DNA of 51,077 nt from a virus (lineage: Duplodnaviria > Caudoviricetes). Positions 44,886 to 51,077 of the stretch are shown one piece after another. Position 1 is the stretch's first letter, and every line of letters begins with the position of its first letter. The stretch lies in the IMG/VR virus record IMGVR_UViG_3300020735_000013, positions 1 to 51,077 of that record; one strand, 5' to 3'. The translations under genes and the position numbers were made by a program. The notes under the pieces were generated by a model that ran no database searches, was not told where the DNA came from, and worked only from the letters and a program-made list of their open reading frames with translations.

Positions 44886-47413
44886 TATTTCTTCTTTGCT
44901 TTTTTAACTTTGCCGCCTTTTTTCTTAGGCTGGGCATCGTCTTGGTTCATTGCCTCACCGGCACCGAGCGCTCCAATACCATACATCGGTTTATCAGCAC
45001 GGATAAATCCTTTTAATACTTCTTCTTGTGGCTCACCAGTAATTTTGCTAGTACGTGCAAGCATCTCGTTAATCTCTTGCATCATCGGCTTACCTGGGTA
45101 ATCCTTAGCCCCAGCCCATGCAATGTCCTGGAAATTAGCAGGTTGTACTCCAGCCTTTTCAGCTTCTTTGGCAAGAGCCTGCTGATATATGCCATAAGTA
45201 TTTGGAGGCGGAGACATCATCTTAGGGTCCCATAATTGACTCATCTGCTCATCAAGAGTAGATACGTCACGGTGACCTAAAAAGTTAGCAGAGAAATTAT
45301 GGCGTTTTGGATTAGTCACAGGTATCTCACCCATCTCGGCTAATTTCTTAGCCTGCTCCATATTGCCACTAACAAAACGGCCACCAATTGGGAATGGTAA
45401 GTCCGCAGCTTTTGTTGGAATCTCATGCCCTAGATTTTTTTGAAAGTTTGTGTATGCCGCCATCATCAAGTTTGAGTTAGGATCCGCACCACCAGTTGTG
45501 GCGGCCATAGCGTCAGCAAAACGGGCCTTAAATTGTTTACGTCCCTCTTCAGGGCCTAACTCTTTAATAAACGCGTCTTCTAATTGACCCATAGCATACC
45601 AGTCTTTTGCGGCTGGTCTGTCCTTAGCCTTCTCGTATGCACCACGTAGTCTGGCTAATGACTCTGGATCGTTAGCCAGTGCCTCATACTTGGCAATTGT
45701 ATCCGCCTTTTTAGGTACAATGTCTGTGGCTGTGTATCCAGCTGTCGGATAGTGAGACGGGTCTGCGTAGTATCTTTGTTCAATATTAAAGTGTGGCTCG
45801 TAGTTGCCGGCATCAATTTCTTTTTGAGCAGCCTTACGAGCTTTTTGAACACCTAACGCCTCTGGGCTTAATTGTTTTTGTAAAAACTCTTTGCCTGTCT
45901 TTGCATCTACTGCAAGCATTGGTGCTATTACATCAGGATAAGCCTGAGAAATTTTGTATGGATCCACACCAAACTTTTTGGCTAGACTCTCCGCGCCCTT
46001 GACAATCTTACCTCCAACGGCGTGCCCTTCAACTTGCACATGTTTTCCGTTATACAACTGAGGCAAAAGATGACTATCAGCTAAAACACTTTTATGTTTT
46101 GGCAGTACATCATCAATAAACCGGATACCTTTTGCAATCGTTGGAGCAACAGCCTTAGCACCTTTTTCAATGTATGGCTCAGCTGCGTCAATGCCCTTAT
46201 CAAAGGCCTTGTTGCCAGCTTGGTATTGCAGCAATCTAGCTAACTTACCTGTACCACCAGTAAAAGGTGCAGCGTCCATGGCGCCAGATAAATAGCTGCC
46301 CATAGCACCTAGATAGTCGCCTTCTGAAGAGCTGTGAACAAACTCTTTAGCATTTTGTCCAAGGCTACCAGGGGTCTGTGCCAACCAGCTTAATGGATTG
46401 TATTTAGCCTCTGAGTCAGCACCCTGACTACCCATTAGTCCGCGAGCTTGTTGCATACCGATGTATGGCGCGATAGCATCGCGAATACGCTCGTTGTAGC
46501 TTGGCTCGTATGCCTGTGCGGTACCCATCTCTGGTTGACCACCACCGGCTAGGTGAACTAGACCGCCATCTTTTTTTCCCATGTCTTCTGGTAGTATTGC
46601 CTGTACGGCTGGTACACCAGCAGCGATAGCGGTACCAATCGCACGAATTGGTTTGTTGCGAGATTGTGACGCAGCACCACCAAGTACACCAAGCCCGCTT
46701 AACGCAGCACTTCCGTAGTTGCCGTGTGCGCCTTCTTCAACCATGTGACCAAACTCACCAACGGTCTCTGCACCGCCTGCTACACGACGCAGCATGCTAG
46801 ATGTCGGCGTACGGTCTGCGTTAAGAATAGAAGACGCTATTTTTTGTGGGGCTGTCTCTTCTGGTAACTGGTTATTAATTCCTAAATAGCCACGGCGAAT
46901 ACCTTGACTAGAGCCTCGGGATTTAATAGGGGCACCGGCTGCAATTTTACCTTTGATATTTGCATCAGCATAATCTTTACCGCCAGCAAATGGATTGCTA
47001 CTTTGTGTTCTATACCAGTTTTGAACGGCCTGTGGAGACTTAGACTCGTTTGCGCCAGTAAGTGCCTGCATTAACATATTTTTTGATGGGGCGGCAACAG
47101 GATTGACAGCCGAGGCAGCAGTCTGCACACCGGTATCAACAACCCGGCCAACAGTTGGCCCAAGCATGGCGCCGGTTGCAGCGCCAATAACAGCGCCCGC
47201 TGGGGCGGCTGGAATACTGCTTTCTGTATCTGTCTTAGCAGCTGGTTTTGCTGTGGGTTCAGGCAATCCAGCTAAATACTTTAATACGTCCTCTTTTGAG
47301 TGACCAGAGGTAATTGCTGCGTTGGTATCGTAGTTGTGTAACTTAGCTAGGTACTCTAGCTGGTCATCCATAGAATGACCTGCTGCGGTAGCTGCATCTG
47401 TATCATAGCTCAT
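44885..47413 (-). CDS. Large internal virion/ejection protein
   Basis: Ala/Gly-rich N-half, globular C-half, AxGG motifs; lies in the structural arm. Confidence 0.55.
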   Translation of the reverse strand: MSYDTDAATAAGHSMDDQLEYLAKLHNYDTNAAITSGHSKEDVLKYLAGLPEPTAKPAAKTDTESSIPAAPAGAVIGAATGAMLGPTVGRVVDTGVQTAASAVNPVAAPSKNMLMQALTGANESKSPQAVQNWYRTQSSNPFAGGKDYADANIKGKIAAGAPIKSRGSSQGIRRGYLGINNQLPEETAPQKIASSILNADRTPTSSMLRRVAGGAETVGEFGHMVEEGAHGNYGSAALSGLGVLGGAASQSRNKPIRAIGTAIAAGVPAVQAILPEDMGKKDGGLVHLAGGGQPEMGTAQAYEPSYNERIRDAIAPYIGMQQARGLMGSQGADSEAKYNPLSWLAQTPGSLGQNAKEFVHSSSEGDYLGAMGSYLSGAMDAAPFTGGTGKLARLLQYQAGNKAFDKGIDAAEPYIEKGAKAVAPTIAKGIRFIDDVLPKHKSVLADSHLLPQLYNGKHVQVEGHAVGGKIVKGAESLAKKFGVDPYKISQAYPDVIAPMLAVDAKTGKEFLQKQLSPEALGVQKARKAAQKEIDAGNYEPHFNIEQRYYADPSHYPTAGYTATDIVPKKADTIAKYEALANDPESLARLRGAYEKAKDRPAAKDWYAMGQLEDAFIKELGPEEGRKQFKARFADAMAATTGGADPNSNLMMAAYTNFQKNLGHEIPTKAADLPFPIGGRFVSGNMEQAKKLAEMGEIPVTNPKRHNFSANFLGHRDVSTLDEQMSQLWDPKMMSPPPNTYGIYQQALAKEAEKAGVQPANFQDIAWAGAKDYPGKPMMQEINEMLARTSKITGEPQEEVLKGFIRADKPMYGIGALGAGEAMNQDDAQPKKKGGKVKKAKKK

Positions 47414-47415
47414 TA

Positions 47416-49188
47416 TTACTTCCTATGGAAAGAGGATAGATCGCTTGAACTGCCTTGTGTCTTAGCATTAAATGGGTCACCTAATTCACCGGGTTGACGA
47501 CCAATGATTTTTGCTAATTTACCATTATGTTCCGCAATAATATTCTTAACGTCCGGGCTGCGCATAAACCGACCAAACGAGGCATACTCTCCGTTAGCTG
47601 CACGATACTTATCGTATAGGTCACCAATTTTATTATCAAACTGGGCACGCTCAGACATGACACTAGCCTGCATGTTTAGTACCTTAGCCGGGTCTTTAAC
47701 AGAGCCAACAGCGTCCTTAACAAGTTTACGCTCGTTATCAGATACAGCACCTTGACCAGTTAAGTATGTCTTGGCATAGTCTAACTCAGCAGCCCCGAGT
47801 GATTTTTCAACGCGGTGTAACTTTTGAATTTGTTCTGGTGTTGCACCAGCTTCCATTAAGTTATGTTCTAAGTTAGCAATACCCAATGTACCAAATTGGC
47901 CTGCGTTAATACCGCTCTCCAATTGTTTAAGTGCAAAAGGAGTAAATCCTCTTTTAGCTAACTTACCAAAAATCTGTTGCATATCTGGGTCTTCAGTAAC
48001 GGCCTTAATGTCATTAAAGCGTGTGATACGCTCACCAGAACTTTGATATGCTGTATCAACTTGACTAGCTTTAACAGCATTTTGTGCTTCTACTTTCTTA
48101 GCAAACTCACTACCACCCTCAAGAGGAACTTTAGCGTTAGCTGCCTGGAACTCTAGGTCTTCTTTTGTACCAGGTGCAAATGGTGAAGCCACGCGTTGTG
48201 TCTGAGCAGGAGCCGCAGCAGGAGCTGCAGGTGGTGGGGCCGCAAAAGTGGACGGATGTGCTGGAGGAACTGGAGTTGTTAATTGTGGTGCCTGAGCTGC
48301 AGGAGCGCCCGCAGGAGCCGCCGCAGGGGCTTGGGTAGGCATAGGCCTAGGAGCAGCAGCGGGAGCTGCTGTAGGGGCCGCAGGAGCGCCAGGGATGCCT
48401 GTTGGGTTACCACCTGTGCCAGCAACGCTAGTAGCCGCACCAAAGGGTGTGCCTTGACCTGTACCACCAATACCGCGTACGTCGTGTGGTACAAATGCAC
48501 TTGCACCAGCAAACTTAGTCAGCACAGCGGCTGGAACGAGTTTAGGATCAATTAAGCCATTCTGTACCATGTACTGAACATCTTTAATCATGTCAGTCTT
48601 ATTGGCGTTTTTGGCTAAATATTCTTGAATAGCTTTTTGTGCACCCACCGGGTCGCGTGTGGCCTGGTTGGCAATACTTTGACGTAGGGCTGGATCTTCT
48701 ACCAAACCTAACATACCACCTTGTTGAACCATTGAGGATGCCGCTGTTGGGCCACCGGCAGTAATATGTGATGGTGGGAGTGTTGTAGTAGCAGAACCTG
48801 AACCGCCAGAACCAAACAATTGATCGCGCATGGCATTAGCTTGTGCCATACCAATCTTAGCCTGAGACAATTGGCTCTTCATGCCAAAAAGTTCAGCGTC
48901 TTGACGATCTTTTTCTAACGCACGGTTTTGCAATGCCTCTGCAGGACCTGCAACGCCGCCTGACCACCAGGCCATGGCGTCTTTCATGCCTTCCATAAAG
49001 CTGCCTTTTTGGGCTTGCTTTTCTTCGATGAGTTTTTGCATGTTGGCTAAAAGCTCAGGATCGTATCCACTTGCTATTGTAGATGTACCTAAAGAGTAAG
49101 GACCTTTAGATGCTGCAGGCTTTACTGTACCAACGGCTACTGGCTCGTCAGCTGATAATGAATCTAATCCGGATGTTGTATCTGCCAT
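47416..49188 (-). CDS. Internal virion/ejection protein with Pro/Ala linker
   Basis: 590 aa; PAAP-rich centre; GQGAVSDNER motif. Confidence 0.55.
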   Translation of the reverse strand: MADTTSGLDSLSADEPVAVGTVKPAASKGPYSLGTSTIASGYDPELLANMQKLIEEKQAQKGSFMEGMKDAMAWWSGGVAGPAEALQNRALEKDRQDAELFGMKSQLSQAKIGMAQANAMRDQLFGSGGSGSATTTLPPSHITAGGPTAASSMVQQGGMLGLVEDPALRQSIANQATRDPVGAQKAIQEYLAKNANKTDMIKDVQYMVQNGLIDPKLVPAAVLTKFAGASAFVPHDVRGIGGTGQGTPFGAATSVAGTGGNPTGIPGAPAAPTAAPAAAPRPMPTQAPAAAPAGAPAAQAPQLTTPVPPAHPSTFAAPPPAAPAAAPAQTQRVASPFAPGTKEDLEFQAANAKVPLEGGSEFAKKVEAQNAVKASQVDTAYQSSGERITRFNDIKAVTEDPDMQQIFGKLAKRGFTPFALKQLESGINAGQFGTLGIANLEHNLMEAGATPEQIQKLHRVEKSLGAAELDYAKTYLTGQGAVSDNERKLVKDAVGSVKDPAKVLNMQASVMSERAQFDNKIGDLYDKYRAANGEYASFGRFMRSPDVKNIIAEHNGKLAKIIGRQPGELGDPFNAKTQGSSSDLSSFHRK

Positions 49189-49190
49189 AA

Positions 49191-50140
49191 TTATTCCATT
49201 GTTCCGCTAGAAACTAAATTACCATTAGCATCGTATGTATTTGTTCCTGTTGTTCCGCCAGCATAAATTTGATCTGGGGTTAACGAACTACTACCGCTGC
49301 TACTATTTCCACTAAATAAATTGCCTATTGAATTTAACCAACCTGTTGTTGGGGCAACATAACCGGTTGAACCTGGAGTGCCGCTTCCGGATGAACCAAA
49401 TAAAGAACCTAATAGACCACCTGCTGATACACCAGTGCCGCCCAATGCACTTGCCAAACCCATAACTTGGTTTAACGGGGAAAGTTGTGTTGTGTTTGAT
49501 ACTGTTTGTGGTGCCTGGATAGATGACAATACATTACCTAAGTTAGCAGCATTTGTGTAAGGAGCAGCTTGTTGGTACTGACCTGTTGTCAATAAGTTGT
49601 TAATGTCTTGCTGTGCTACGTTACCTGCAGCAGCGCCAGCGTTTACGCCGGTTGCTTGGTTTTGTAATGCAGCTTGGTTTTGTGTAGCTAATAGGTTAGC
49701 CTGAGCGTTACCGCGTGCAACATCCATAGCTGTTTGGCCACGTAAGCTGCCAAAGTTACCAGAGCCAATGTTACCCGCTTCAACCGGAGCCAATGTTTGT
49801 GGCAGCAATTGATTTAATTGTTGATCTTGAGCTTGAAACAAACCACCAAGGGCTGTGCTTGTGTTCGGTGTTACGTTACCGGAAGCATCCGTTGTCCAAG
49901 GATTGGCTGCACCGCTTGCAATGCTTTGCAGCGTGCCGCCAGCTTGAGTAAAAGCATTAGTTGGACCCGAAAGCGAGTTAACAGCATTCTGGGCAACAGT
50001 TTGCCCTGGAGCTGGTGCGCTGGCGTTAGCAGCAGTTGCCTGGTTCACTACATTTTGTTGCGCGGTATCGTACCATGATGGTAACGACGTTGTCTGTGTA
50101 CCTGTGTTTGAGATTAAACCGCTTAGTCCTGTGCTTGCCA

Positions 50141-50141
<1 letters not shown>
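49191..50141 (-). CDS. Pilot/DNA-transfer-like virion protein
   Basis: Gln/Ala/Gly/Asn-rich; GNFGSLRG; Gly-rich hydrophobic C-terminus. Confidence 0.55.

Positions 50142-51077
<936 letters not shown>

Overview
Most of the genome of a lytic tailed dsDNA phage (Caudoviricetes). No integrase or repressor is visible, and both window ends truncate virion genes. A proteobacterial, probably betaproteobacterial, host is inferred from the regulator motifs. Minus strand 1-15 kb: tail-fibre/virion genes, major capsid, scaffold, GroES, HNH, portal, large terminase and a free-standing intein-like ORF. A ~1.2-kb non-coding strand-switch region (15.05-16.24 kb) is densely packed with motifs matching host regulators (IHF, Fur, NtrC, LexA, MraZ, IclR-like, HexR-like). 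Plus strand 16-43 kb: small early genes from sigma70 promoters, punctuated by two type II hammerhead ribozymes; a sigma factor lacking region 4; primase-helicase; SNF2 helicase; an ACP + ketosynthase pair; a stand-alone sigma4-like ORF; tRNA-Thr with a long variable arm; TerS-like, DUF2800, SSB and class II RNR genes; an RNA-repair trio; and family A DNA polymerase. Minus strand 43-51 kb: putative ejected/internal virion proteins, including an ART-PolyVal-like protein. A phage promoter core (GCGTATTAGT) occurs 11 times and falls into distinct upstream classes. All protein calls come from motif recognition by eye; no database searches were run.
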